Positions 1 to 13,468 of a stretch of 64,000 bases of DNA are shown here, one piece after another. How positions within the stretch are numbered: position 1 is the stretch's first letter; the number at the start of each line of letters is the position of its first letter. The stretch covers positions 17,670,001 through 17,734,000 of the forward strand of contig CM120640.1 in NCBI GenBank assembly GCA_051362555.1, in the 5' to 3' direction. Source of the stretch: Lingula anatina. Its lineage: Eukaryota > Animalia > Brachiopoda. The translations under genes and the position numbers were made by a program. The notes under the pieces were generated by a model. It did not search any database and was not told the origin of the DNA. It saw only the letters and a program-made list of their open reading frames with translations.

Positions 1-3000
1 GAAGTTTATACATTAAACTTTTTATACATTTAATTTTTTATTTTTGTCGTATCTAAAATGGAGCAATGTGCCGTGCAAAGTTTCTCAAAAATAAAATAGT
101 GTGAAAACTAAAAGCAATAAAGGGAAATACTTTTTTCATTCTGTTTCAAAGGACACGTGTGCATATCCTGTCTGACTTAATGCACAGAAACGATTCGAAA
201 ATGGGTACAAACATCAGTGCCATCAAATTTAATATGAAAAGGAGATAATTCGTTCGGCCCATGAAAACTCTTTCCTGCTTACACACACACGTCCAATTAA
301 GTTGTGCATAAACGGGCAGTCCTAGACACCAGAACAATGGTCAAACAAGAGTAATCAGAAAAAATTCTCGTTGCCGGAAATGGACGCTATGCATTTTTAG
401 ATTGAAATATTTGCACTGTGATTTCCCTGTAAAATAGCTCAATATAGATTCTATAATTGATTTTTGTAATGTTAATTTACATTTGCAATATAGTCTACTA
501 ATATATTTTAATTACCTTTTTTGTGACTGTGTTTTGTAAAATAAATTCAAATTTTTTCTTCTACTTCTTCTTCTTATTGTTATAAGGCCCATGTGACACT
601 CTTGCGAATTTGAAAACAAACGATTAAGTTACTCAGATTCAGAGGGTTGATATTCCACTAATATCTTTACGTCATATCATAAAATAGTATATTTTAATAT
701 TATACTTATCAGCGTTAAAATTACAACTTTCAATTCCACGAGTTTGGCTGAACTTATTTACATGATTATAAGTTTTCTTACATCAGTATCCATTAAGATT
801 CTCACAATTATAGTTTAAAATTGTAATTAAAATTGTAAAGGCGTTTTGCTAGGCGACCCTTCACAAAAATGCATTAGGCCTACTCTTTCAGAAACGCACA
901 AGTGAGGCACGGCATTTTTGGAAAAAATTAGGTAAAAAAATTGTCGACAAACTGTTTTAGTGTCCCCTACAACAAGCTTCCTATGTTGATCACCTTTCCT
1001 CCCCTCATTTACAATTTGGGATTTTCACAAAATTTACGCACCTTACCCCCCCCCCCCCCCCCCTCCGAATATTTTTCATCAGCGTATCTCCTGAAAACTA
1101 GGAAGGAACTCAACTTCCTTGCAGTACATTGGTAGGAACCGAAGTGACTGCAAATTTCAGAACTGGTTATAAGTTAGAGGAAAGTACTTTGGGAGAACTT
1201 TACGCGTATAGGCCTATAGTGTCAATAATTGGTCATAAATTTAGCTACGTGAATTGTCCAGAAAAGTGCCCTGAATGCTATCGGATCCATTGATTAGAGT
1301 TTATATACTGAAATATCTGGATATGGTCCTAAAGAAGTAAAACAAACACTCGTAGACATTTGGTTGACAAAGAGACATGCACTTGGCAGGTCATTGATAG
1401 GAACTCCACGTTCACAACGTCTTATGAATATAATATAAGTTACAGTTTGTTTTGACCTGCAACAAAATGTATTATGCAATATGGTTAGTTATGCGAAGTA
1501 TACATGTAAAATTTGCATTATTAAAATGAAAAAGTTCAAGCCGATCCATTTTATTGGATTCAAATTGAAATTGTACATAATGGTTGTCACGTTACTACCG
1601 ACGACTTTTTGAAGTGCGTAGAAATTATCAATTAATACAAATCTGGAGGATAACTATTTCACCTCTACATCCAAATGCTGGCTAGAGAAGAAGAAATCAA
1701 ATATCACTTATTCAGTAAATGGTAGAGTGATATAGTGAGATGTGAAAACGGGGTGTGGTCCTCACTATACCCAAGCCAGTGTCTATTGTCTATCAGTTGT
1801 GTCGCTGAATGCGGTAGAGAAGACGTCCGATAGCGACGTTCGGTTTGCCAACGCAACATAAAAAACGCGTTTAGAAAGTTTTTGATATAGTTTGATTTCA
1901 CTGACGATGCGTAGCAGATATACATAAAAAGAGATTGCTGGCCGACAAAATTTTAATACAGACCTGTTTGGATTGCAGCAATCATTACGGAGAAGACGCC
2001 TAGTGTCGTAACTTAAAACGAACATGTAAATGCTTTATGTTTCATGTTTTATCTGCTGTGCAAATCTGTGATATCCTTTAATTTTTTTCCTTTGTAACAG
2101 CGCTTAAGTTATTTAAAAAAAAAACCAAGGTCAGACATAGGTATTTTTTATTCATTTCTACGAGAAGACCCCGTAGATAGCATTTGCTTTAAGGTGAATA
2201 ACTTCTGAAAATGTTTCCAACCAACCATAAACAGATCGTTATTTAATATTAAGTTGCTATAATTGTTACCGCTAGAGAAACAGCTGAAGAGTTAACTTAA
2301 TTATCTGACGCTAAGGGGAGTCGTTATTTCGTTAACTTCGGTCAAGATTCTCTTAGTAATGGCACAGAGCGTGTGTTAAACGTGGTATCTAGACATACGT
2401 GTGCGTGTTCAGATGAGTCAATGACATCTGGGTAATTGAATAAGTGCAGTGTCACTGTCCAAGTGAATAGTGCTCAATCAAACAGATCTTCAGACATGTA
2501 GGTCATTTATAGCGACTAGACATGGCACCGGTACGTTAATCTTCGTCTCTCATATTTCCTTGCTCTACTTCTCCAGTTTACCCTTATTAGTTATCATTCT
2601 TCTGTTATACATCTTGTCAACCTCTGTAAATGACCAGTTTGGGTACCAGTAACTCGCTCTGTTTTTTTTTTCTCACATCTCTTACTTTCACTTTCTGTTG
2701 ACTACAGTTTCGAGCTACGGACTAAATTTTCTGATCGGAGATTACAGAATCTTCACGATTAATTCCTTCACATATTCTGTATCTTAATCATTTCTTCAGC
2801 TTTGCTTTACTAGTGTTGCTGACCTTTTAGATGACGATGCGATCTAAATCGGAGTTTGGCAAGCATGTCAAAAAGGTAATAAAATCTATATGGCACAACA
2901 TTAACACATTTATAAACGCTATGTAGGCCTACACCGCTTTTCTGTGGGTCTGTTTATCGTGGAATCATTCCACCCTGAGGCTCAAAGATTACAGGGAACT

Positions 3001-4214
3001 CGCCTCTATCATCAGTATGCCTCCGCCGTTTTTAAGTAATCTCTGACACTCAGGGTTAACCAGCTCCCAGTGGAGGTATCAGGACCATAACCCTGCATTC
3101 GAAAACATTGCGTTTTAAAAGGACCCAAAAATCCATATTATATCAGTTTTGCTAGACCATTTCCCTCTGATGAAACCTTAGTGTACTAAATACAAAGCGA
3201 ATTGACATCATACCTGATAGTGCTTCTACAACACTGAATAGTCTTAATAATCCGATAATCCCAATGCTCGTGCAATGTAACACTTATTTGTTTTCTGGGA
3301 GAGAGACCGTTTCCATCTAATTGAATTTCTTCATACTAAGTGAATGTCGATGAGACAGCAAACATGACAATTTTCTACAAGACTGAGTAGATTCGAACAA
3401 TTATCCGAAACGTCGACGTTAATGGATTGTAACACTAATTGTTCTTTGGAAATAAATTGTATGCTCTAACTATTCTGTCATCCACGGCTGATAGTCACCT
3501 AATGAATAATTTGATGGCTATATTTGATTAAAGGCTTACTGCCATTTCAATCAGTTATTTTTGTACTTGTCGCGTGTTATTTTCTCCATAGTAGAACATA
3601 CTTCTACGATTATCTGTCTAAGCTTTGACACCTTTAATATCATGTGCAAATCAATTTCAATGAAACTCAATGAAACAGCGTTTTGCTGATATACAGAGCC
3701 AAGGAGAACAAGTAATCATTGTGTTTGCGTACAAAGCAATGGCCACAGCTTAATCAGATATACAATACGTCAAATTAACACGCTCTGTCACCAGAAAACA
3801 TAGCCTGGCAATCAACTAGTGACAGGATGAACTAGAACAACACCTTGCATATAGTATTCCTTTAATGCCAATTCAATTGTAACATACAACATATTACATC
3901 GATCTCTTCCCATACTTGCGTCGCCTGCTTACAATTGGCACGTCCCTTGCGGCAAATCACCAGGCTCTCATGCTGAACGCATATGGTCTGAGTAACCATG
4001 ATCCCATTAGTCTTTTTAATGCATGTTTTTCAAGAAACCTCTCTCCACAGGGAAAGTCTTGTAAGACTTAATAAACTCCAAGTATCTTGATATCCTTTCA
4101 TCCTGGACGATAAGCTAAACCTGAAAGTAAACACTCCAGTCAGGATAATTGTCACACACACGCGCGCGCTTTTTTTCGTATACTTCATTTGTGCGTGCGT
4201 GTTTGTCTTTAGAC

Positions 4215-4256
4215 AGATAGATAGATAGATAGATAGATGGATGGATGGATGGATAG
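4215..4256. repeat. (GATA)n(GGAT)n microsatellite
   Basis: Directly visible tetranucleotide runs. Confidence 0.9.
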
Positions 4257-6650
4257 AACACCGCCAAAACAGCTAGTGTGTCATTGACTGGCACTTATGG
4301 ATCAAACCTACTCGTCGAATATGAGTAACATATCGAATACATTTTGAACTAAAAATGTGTATTTTAATAAATATTTTAATATTTTTATAAATGTAAAATA
4401 TTTAAATATTTTAATAAATATTAAAATACCCATACTGCCTATTAGAATTTCTGTGTTCGTTAATATCATAACGAAGATTTGTTTCTATACATAAATGAAA
4501 TACTCAAACTGATAATGGAACAAAAACAAACCATATCATGCCCACGCAGCATTTCATTCGCAGTAAGTCAAATGCCTTCGTGTTTGCTTTACATTTTTTC
4601 CATTAGTTGTCAGCTGTCAGCAATGAATTTTTTAATACATGGACAATGTGTCGTGTTTGTTTGCAAAGTTTGACTCATGATTTATACAAACCATTATTTG
4701 TTGGCGACAAATCATACAAATTGGATGACAGAGAGTGCCGTCCCTCCCACTTTGCCGATGTATCATTGTCAGAGCATGTGCTCTTCCAAATGGTGATGGC
4801 GGTGAATAGAAATCGACCTTGACAAAGATTATTTTCTAACTTTCTTGACCGCGAACCAGTTCACTTGCAGTGCTCAAAGCAGGCCCCTACTACATAACAG
4901 GCTAAAACAGCGTTGAAAACGTAGATCGGCTCGATTGCGAAGTGAAGAAGGTGATAGGTAAGTAGAACAAACGATTGCAAGTTTGGTTAACACTAATCAT
5001 TGCCATCGTCTGTAGACCTTTGCGCTCTTCAATGGTAAACGTTTCCAAAACATTTTGAGAATGATTGCAATGAATGTCAATATTGGTTGCATTTTTAGCT
5101 GCTATGGTTTAAATTGACATTTCCATGTGAGAAAGCTTTGGCATTGGTTACCTTGCCAGTGTTATCAAGGTATTTACCAGCCATGGCTTCAATGTGGTGT
5201 CCAAATGAAAGTGAAAGTAGATAATTATACGTATCCTTAAATCACGTTTCTAGTGGATAACCTATTGATAAAAGGAGAAATAGTTCAAAATAAGTTTCAA
5301 AATTCAAATTAAAAGAAGACCGATCCTTATGTGTCCGACAAGAATTTTAATTGTGATTGCTATTATCATTGTAATATATCAATGTCGATTGCACCTCCTT
5401 GATTTACAAATGTAGCGCGTGCACTTTGCTTTAGAACATTCTAGTGTGGTTAAGGCTGTGATTACATTAAGTGACAAACTAATGACTTTTTAAAATAATT
5501 TTCCAGCAGCCAATTCATAAGTGAAGGGGGCTTTTGGATCCCTGTAGACCAGCAGAAGTGTTGAGTGGCCAAGAAACCAGACGCCTTAAGGACACCGTTT
5601 GAAAAAATCGAATTGCTACAGCGTGTAACATTTAACTGTGTAAAGAGCGGAAAATCAGAAAACATACTGAACATTCATGTGATATAGAGTCTTGCAATTT
5701 GTGCGTGCTGTGTAGGCCGACTTTACAACTGAGCTGCTTTGTTCAGGAAGCATGCAGCTTGGTTTAAACAGGGCAATCCGAGAAGCTTTAATAAATAATA
5801 TCCATTCTCACGCCCATTTGCAAAGGATGAAAGCAGATACGGACATTTTACAAAATACTTTTCGTATATCAGATTGACTAAAGGCATATGGTTTGGGGCC
5901 TTGACTAGCAACACGCTGATCTACAGTGATGACTTCATTTGTAGGCCAAATACTCTTTATTACGTTGTGTACCTGAAGGTATCGATTGAAACAGCGGAGG
6001 TTTACTCTACAGGGATTTCAAAATGTTCACTCCTACTACTTGATTTATAACAAGCGCTTATTGACAATTTCCCCTCATGGTAATCATCGATCTTAGTATT
6101 ACAGTTGCATTGTTGATGACCTCTTATCGTGGTTTCATCATTGTTCCTGGCCAATAAGTAATTCTTTTCACGGATCTGATCACGATTGTGGTCACTGAGG
6201 ACGAAAATGCAAATAGTACTGTGAAAATGAGACAGCAATATAGGCGATAATTGCTACCAGAAAGCCTGCGCCGTATGAACTCAAATGGGCACCTGTTGTT
6301 GTGCGATATGAAGATATCTTGCGAGTATGACTATGCTTACTGTCACCGATGTTTTATAGCAGTAAGAAATTGCTTCAGGTATCATGAGTAGGATCAGGTG
6401 TACTGGTATATCCAGAATCACTACTTATTAAATAATCATAAACCAGCAGACTCGTTTGTTTGACAGCGGAGGAAGTACCACAGGAGTGATTTCTTTCTTG
6501 GCACCAATGACTTGGATGTGATATATAGTTACTACTTGTTTTTCTTTTTCACACAGGTAATATTGTGTCCACGGAGAAGTAGTGCAGCGGCACAGCATAT
6601 GCTATACACACACATCCACTTGAGAGCAAGCTTTCATCAGAGAAATCAAA

Positions 6651-7187
6651 ATGGAACTTCCAGAAGTAGAATATTTATCACTCACCGCAACTGAATTACA
6701 AGACCCGGTGTCTCCGACAGAAGAAGAGACCATCATTTTGAATGTCGGCGGGGTGAACCACGAGGTTTCCTTGGAAACATTATCAAGCAAACCAGGGACA
6801 AAATTGTCCAATTTGAGTGTGCTCAAGCAGCACTATCGCCCGACAAAGAAGGACTATTACTTTGATCGCCACCCAATGATATTTCTAGCCATCTTGAACT
6901 ATTACAGAACGGGCGAACTCCACATACCTCTCCAGTTTTGCGGCCCGTCAGTGAAAAAGGAACTGGCTTTCTGGCAGATAGACGAGACACTCATACAGGA
7001 ATGCTGCTGGATAAATTATCATGAATATCAGGAACAGAAGGAATCTCTGATAAAGTTTAATGCTTTTTTCTCCAATGATGAAAACATCTACAAAGATATA
7101 GAGGACACGAAATGCCCACTGTGGAAACGCCTGAGGCTGATGGCATGGCGGACGCTGGAAGAACCGTGTTCGTCATTGGCGGGCAAG
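6651..7187 (+). CDS. KCNC: Voltage-gated K+ channel, Shaw/Kv3 family, coding exon 1 (T1/BTB tetramerisation domain)
   Basis: The ORF has the T1 motifs ILNVGG, YYFDRHP..F..ILNYYRTGELH and the Kv3-type Zn motif H-x5-C-x20-CC (HIPLQFCGP...ELAFWQIDETLIQECCW). It ends at LEEPCSSLAGK|gtaatg (phase-0 donor at 7188). The ORF-track extension to 7325 is intron read-through. Confidence 0.93.
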
Positions 7188-7623
7188 GTAATGTTACCTA
7201 CTTTGAAAGTGTCCACTGCTATTTCGCTTTTTTTTTTTAATTTTGTTTGGGCAGTTTTACTGCCATTCGTGGTAGCACAATGGAGCAATTTATATCTGGA
7301 TGATCCAAAGCTCGTGTTAAATTGAGGTAATATCAAGTTCGCATTCGTTAAAGAAAATATCTTTATCAACTTTCCGTTGGTCACTTTCCTCCGCTTATCC
7401 ACAGTTGCTATCGTTGCCTCACATTATATTTGCAGAACCACTTGAAATGTTCATTGCCCTTAGTAAGTAGACCCTGAGTGAATCATGTCTCCAGTTCCAC
7501 TTGTTAATGCCATTTATGTTGTAGCAGGATAGAAGAGACAAGTCAGAAAGTTGCAGCATCATTACATTTATTCGGTTTCGTGTCATTATTTTAGAGTGAC
7601 GTGGAGGGATTCGTAACTGTTCC

Positions 7624-7624
<1 letters not shown>

Positions 7625-7669
<45 letters not shown>
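7625..7669. repeat. (ATT)n microsatellite in Kv intron
   Basis: Directly visible. Confidence 0.9.
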
Positions 7670-8352
7670 GTATTCTGTATCAAATTGACATATTCTAAAT
7701 ACACCCATTGATTGCTGTCACAAGAAAGGCTATTCAGTACAATGAGAACATATGATTATCTGTAGATTTCCTAAAACGTTGCCCTTAATTTATTTTACTT
7801 TTGTCTATTATATATGTAACATTTGCTTTTATAAATGGTGACCTCGAAAACATATCATCAGTCACACAGTTATTTTTTCTTTGGCGTGTGAAGCGTGTAT
7901 GGCTTGTTTTTAAAGTCTTTAATTGCAACCAGAAAGGCCACGAAACGCCAAGAATATGAAACCCCGAACATAAAATATTACGTGATGAAATAATTAAGTT
8001 ACCAATATAAATAGTACGCAGATACATTTACATCACGTTAAAGGAATCAAATTACTGTTATTACCACTACAGTAAGCAGACCAGGTTCCAAGCAAATATT
8101 CCCGTAGGACCTTTAGACACAATGAGGCACAGTGACACAAAGCAAATAGCCAGTCAATTAGTGGATTATTTTCCGATTACATTGCCTATTCATTACGCTT
8201 GGGGAGAATTTTAACATACGTTTATCTCAAAAACGTTAGCGGTTCATTGCCCCAGATGACACTTTCCGAATACGATGTCTAGATCTGCTCACTTACTATT
8301 ACGTGTAGGGTATTGCAAATGAGCGAAACTTTGCCTTATGAATAGCAATCAA

Positions 8353-8522
8353 CTGGGGTAGCGCTAACACTCGCCAATTTAGCCAAATGCTAAAATTGAC
8401 TGAAATTGGCTAAACAAATTGGGGTTGATTTGACTCATTTTAGTCAAATTTAAACCATTTGGACAAAAAAGCAATGAAAAAGTTGTAATTTGGCTGAACG
8501 AAAATTGCTAGCGCCACTCCAG
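8353..8522. mobile_element. Small degenerate MITE-like element (170 bp) in Kv intron
   Basis: The left end ctggggtagcgctaaca matches the reverse complement of the right end (ctggagtggcgctagca) at 14/17 positions. Internal (t)tggcta/tagccaa motifs recur. No clear TSD. Confidence 0.45.
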
Positions 8523-10473
8523 CAATAGTTGGCTATAAATGTCCCATTGAAACCTTTATAGAGTAATTTATTCTGCAACAGCAGTGACAACCTCAGTACG
8601 TAAAGTCGAAAACTGTTTTTATTTTCTCCGCAAATGCTGACACGTAATATAAAGCTGAACTTTGATAAATTTTGGTTATTAATAATTAAACTTGCATTAT
8701 TTTGATATAAATTGTCACCTATTCATTTAATTTTTCGAAAACTTCCTGTGCCCTAGCACGATAACACAACCTTATGTACGACAGCAATAATTATCTTATC
8801 AATGTAACGTTATACACAGGTCTCTGAAGGTGACTCAGTAACAGTACGCTCACAGACAGACAGCATACAATACAAGTTAGACAGTCGTATATTAAAAAAT
8901 ACTACACTTTCATTATCAAGGTAAACCATATTCAAATTAAGAGAGTTACGTCTTAAAAATGCCTTTTTGAATCTCTTGAGAACCACTCGTGGCAGTAAAA
9001 TTAGAAACTTAGAATTTAAAATAAGGTCGCAATATTATCAACGGTGATGGATATGGTTTGCCTGAAATCCACAAAAAATTGCAATATTTAAAGTTAAGCG
9101 TGCAACGAAAGCTGATAAAAGTCATGTTCTTGGAAATTACACCATCGATAGCGAGGACATAAAAGAGAGGTTTATGATACATACTGTAAAAGCTGTTGCC
9201 TCAAGCTTCTTATCAAAAATACTACTAGGGCCTCTATACCAATCATTTAATCACATAGAAGTGCTGTTGGTGTTTTTCCGAACTCATTTGGGTTTGATAA
9301 AACAGACAAGAATGCAATCAATACCTGACAAAAGAAAAACATAACACAGCTCTTTCACTTTCAAGTTTATTTTATATAATTCACCAGATAATGTAACGCT
9401 GTCAATGCTAATGACAAAATTTATCATAGTCCACATTTTCACAGTAAATCCCTATTTATTCCAGTTCTAATTCAAATAATAGGCCTAGACGACATGAAAT
9501 AAATGATGATTGTGTTTTTTGTAAAATGAAGTGAGCGTTATAAATGGTTGCTTCATGCATTGCATCGTTTGAATAAGCCATGTTAACTTTATTAATCATA
9601 GGCAGTGAAAAAAGCCGATATTCGAGATAACGCTCGGAGGCTCTTAACAGCATAAAGAGGCAATTAATTTTTCCTGCCCAAACAGAATTCACGAATAGAT
9701 CTAGTAAAGAAAAAACGTCTGGATGCAGTGTATTGAATGAATGGGAAAGATGTAGTGATGTAGTTGGCAATGGGTACTAAAAATAAGGAAATTGCGATTC
9801 AAATCTGTTTCAATGAAGTGTTTAACGCCAATACGTCGCCCCTTTGTCTGAAAATGCACCCTGCTAGTTCATGGTGTTGATCATAAATGGCCCCTACTCT
9901 GTTCTGTCTCTATAAAATGAGTGGACTTCTTTAACCAAAGCCTACTGTATTGAGAGGGTAGTTAATAACATAGAAATGGAATACATATATATTTCTTGCC
10001 AAACGTGTAACAAATGTTTTAAAACATTGATTTTCGGTTTGTAATTTCCTTGATAATTGGCAATAAAATACTTTCTTATTTATTAATTCATATCTTAAAA
10101 GAAAAATCTGCGGAAAACTAGCATCAAAGGTTTATCAGTAGTCCGCAGTGTCTGGTAGATCCATTACACACCACCAAATGTCTTTCTTTATATATTAGCA
10201 GTCGACTTATGGGTTATTAAAGGAATATCAACTACACGCTTTTCATCATTTGGTTGAAAGTAACCCAGTGCAGCCAATATTTTGGGTAAAGGTTTTTGCA
10301 ACATATAAGTTAACCCTACACTTGTAACATAATGATAATAATGGCAATCAAACACGGGGCCCTTATATGTTCTTCTGGTGACCTTTAAGTTACAACGTTT
10401 TTGGCTGCCAAACAGTTTCATATGCTATTCTGCTTATCATGCTTTTTACAAAATGTCTCTTTTTTCATGCCAG

Positions 10474-11355
10474 GTGTATGCCGGGGTCTCTCTGATGATG
10501 GTCCTTTTGTCCATCTCTATCTTCATGTTGGACAGTCACCACATTCTGGACGTGAGGCCGCACGACGGGGCGTGGAACCTGACCATGTCGCTCTTCGGGA
10601 CATCCTACGAGGAATACCAGGACCTACAAGACCACATGAGCGGAAAACATGACAATGCCTCTCACGCAATCGGTGACGACGTGAGGTTCAATTTACTGCA
10701 TCCCGCTGTTGAGATTTTAAATTTCTTTTGCGCTGGTTTTTTCACGCTGGATCTTTTAGCGCGAATTATCTGTTGCCCGAGGTTCCGGTTATTGGTGTCG
10801 CCTCTGATGTGCATCGATGTTGTTGCCTTGGTCCCATTCTATGTGGAACTGATTCTAAATATCTGCCGACCGGAAGAACTGTATAAACAGTCCGTTTTCG
10901 ATTTTCTCCAGCTTCTCCAAATTGCTCGAATATTGCGTATATTTCGCGTTGCTAAGCATTACACAGGTATCAAGGTGATTCTTTATGCCCTCAAGGAAAG
11001 TGTATCGGAAATTATCCTGACTATAGTCATGCTATGCATTGCCATGATCTTATTTGCCTCGCTTATGTTTTATGGAGACAACGTTTATAACGAAAGTAGT
11101 AAAATCGAAGACATTATGATTGGCTGTTGGTGGGCGGTCATAACTCTAACGACAGTGGGGTACGGGGATAAAGTACCAACGTCCGGCATCGGTTACGTCG
11201 TTGGAACGGTGACTGCGTTCTGCGGCGTGTTACTTCTTGCAATGACGATACCCATCATCGTGAGCAATTTCTTGTTGTACTACGCGCAATCGCAATCAGA
11301 CAAGAAAAAATGCAAGACGAAGAAACCAGAGAAGGAGGATGACTGTGATGCATAG
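10474..11355 (+). CDS. KCNC: Voltage-gated K+ channel, Shaw/Kv3 family, coding exon 2 (S1-S6 and pore); spliced product about 472 aa
   Basis: Acceptor tttttcatgccag|GTG, in frame with exon 1. S4 is QLLQIARILRIFRVAKH, the pore is WWAVITLTTVGYGD, S6 is GVLLLAMTIPIIVSNF. Stop TAG ends at 11355. Confidence 0.95.
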   Translation: MYAGVSLMMVLLSISIFMLDSHHILDVRPHDGAWNLTMSLFGTSYEEYQDLQDHMSGKHDNASHAIGDDVRFNLLHPAVEILNFFCAGFFTLDLLARIICCPRFRLLVSPLMCIDVVALVPFYVELILNICRPEELYKQSVFDFLQLLQIARILRIFRVAKHYTGIKVILYALKESVSEIILTIVMLCIAMILFASLMFYGDNVYNESSKIEDIMIGCWWAVITLTTVGYGDKVPTSGIGYVVGTVTAFCGVLLLAMTIPIIVSNFLLYYAQSQSDKKKCKTKKPEKEDDCDA

Positions 11356-11590
11356 CCACCCATTTCGCTAACGCTTTTTATTTAAATGTTTAAAATTGTC
11401 TATTATTATGCCAAAATCAAATATGTACCCACTTGGGCCTATTATATAGGGAGGTATTTGTTTAACCTTTTCAAAATTATAAACATGATATAAATATTGT
11501 GCTGTTGTGTTATGGATTTCATTCACTTATCAACAGGACATCGTACCCTTTGTAACGGATTGTTGATTGTTCCTTTTGCCACACTATTTC

Positions 11591-11596
11591 AATAAA
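11591..11596 (+). terminator. Putative polyadenylation signal (AATAAA) of the Kv gene
   Basis: AATAAA about 235 nt after the stop codon, followed by T/GT-rich sequence. Confidence 0.45.
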
Positions 11597-12523
11597 CGCG
11601 TCCTTATTGCTGTACTAAAACATGTATTTCTTATATTTGTTTATGATTTTGTAACTTACGGTTGACTTTCAGCTTGTTTTAAGCTTGAAAAAGTGGAATC
11701 AAATTATAGATTATAAAAGAAACCCAAGCTAAATGTCGATTGTGACGTTTCCCTCATTTCAAGGACTGACATGGTTACTGGTTATAAATGCTTGGCAAAT
11801 AAACCAGCTTAAATAATATTTAAAGGAAAAGTTGCCCTGAATACACCTTTAAATGCATCAATTGGCTAGCAAACTTGTTCATAATGAACCAAAAGAAAAA
11901 GCATCTTACAAGGAAAATAATAACAGAATATCCAGGGTAATACATTCTGTCGGAAATAATGTTTTATTAAATATTTAAAAAGCACAAGAAAGACAAAATT
12001 TTGACGCGTGTTGTAAAACACAGGAGGTAAGCCTACCCAGTAGAAAAGTACCTCTACGCATAAGATAGGTAATGTGTAGACCTACTATGTGATGAAATTA
12101 CTACTCCGTCATTCACTGTGCAAAAAAAATAATTTGTTCAAATCAAATTATTAGATCTATAGAATATGTTAATATCAATGTACTTGTATAGTAAGGAGTG
12201 TCAATTTTTATAATTTTTTTATGTTCGTTTATATTGGGAATTATATGTAGGCACCATCGACATAAAAGAAACCGAGAAAAGAATATTTATACAGCAGCAA
12301 AGAGAGAAAGAAGGGGAGAGCGTTTATTTTCTTTCTCTCCCGATCTCCCCCCCCCCCCCCCCCCCCCAAATAAGAATAATAATGAATTGGGCGGTGATTG
12401 CACAATCTCAGATGATATCATTATGGATGAAAAAATAAAAGAAAGAAATATGAAACAGATCTAAACAATGGAACCTGTAGATCAATATGCTACACAGACA
12501 AGGATTTGGTGATCCTCTATAGG

Positions 12524-12666
12524 TGACGTCACACTAAACTCGCAACAGGTCGTTGTCATGACTCCAGTGTCGTTCTTATTGTTGATAACCATTGTTCACA
12601 ACAGTACCATCGTTTGCGATAATATAACAGCTGACGTCATAATGTAATGACAACATAGTGACATCA
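12524..12666. promoter_or_regulatory. Cluster of CRE (CREB/ATF/CREM) sites upstream of the 21-exon gene
   Basis: Perfect TGACGTCA palindromes at 12524-12531 and 12632-12639, plus variant TGACATCA at 12659-12666, 95-235 nt upstream of ATG 12760. Confidence 0.5.
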
Positions 12667-12759
12667 CAGAAGAGGTCATTTCCATAGATATCGTATACGA
12701 ATCATAGATGGAAATAGTGATGGAGAAGATGAATCGGTTATATTTTGAAATAATTTACC

Positions 12760-12916
12760 ATGCGAAGTAGCGTTTATCATCATAACAAAATAAGAATACT
12801 CTTATTTGAAGAGTTGTCCTTTGAAGAGCAATGGGACAAAATCCACGGTGATCTCATTTTGATGGTATGTTTCGCTCTGGGGTTGATACTAGCGTACCTC
12901 TTCTTCTATGTGAAAG
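12760..12916 (+). CDS. Uncharacterised 21-exon membrane-anchored repeat protein (about 2,146 aa; gene 12760-24689), exon 1 with TM helix
   Basis: ATG in context accATGc; hydrophobic stretch LILMVCFALGLILAYLFFYV; donor AAAG|gtaagt (phase 1). All 21 exons join into one open frame. Confidence 0.75.
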
Positions 12917-13468
12917 GTAAGTCAGTATTCACTGATATTAGATAATATAACTCTAAAAATATTCCTTGTATCATATTACATCATTCTTTGTTTGTCAATT
13001 TAAAAAACATTATGGTCTATTAGTTAAGTATAGGTCTTAAAGGAATGAAACCCACCCTGAGAGTCAGAGAGTTGACCGTTGCCATATATCAGATTCTTCC
13101 TGCAACCGAAGAACTACTGGTGATATTCATGTTTATAATCTGCATCTTCATGATCTCCCAGTTGTCTAAGTGACTTTAATTCATGACACCTCGTTGTTAG
13201 GCATATGTTGTCCCCAGAGGTGTAGAGAGCTGGTCATATTAGATGTTACCTTAATCCAAGTATGGGTAGCCGAGTGGATTGCAATATTACAGTAGTATTT
13301 CGTTTTAGACTGCCTTTGTCATTAACCCGAGTGTTATTGAACTGATTCTAATTTCAACTTTATCTTTAAATGGGGTAATCTAATATATAGGTATGAGAAA
13401 ACTGGTGGTTATTTAAGCTGCTGGCAAATGTTTAATGAAAAAAATGTTGTACATCATTTCTTTTTCAG

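Noticed and set aside
2400-6556. Non-coding 5' exons of the Kv gene (donor-like sites near 2876 and 4958, acceptor-like site at 6556)
   Set aside because: Plausible, but splice-like motifs alone cannot define UTR exons without transcript data.
10378-10473. N-terminal part of the 325-aa ORF (and 7188-7325 of the 224-aa ORF)
   Set aside because: Intronic read-through beyond the splice sites; no channel homology.
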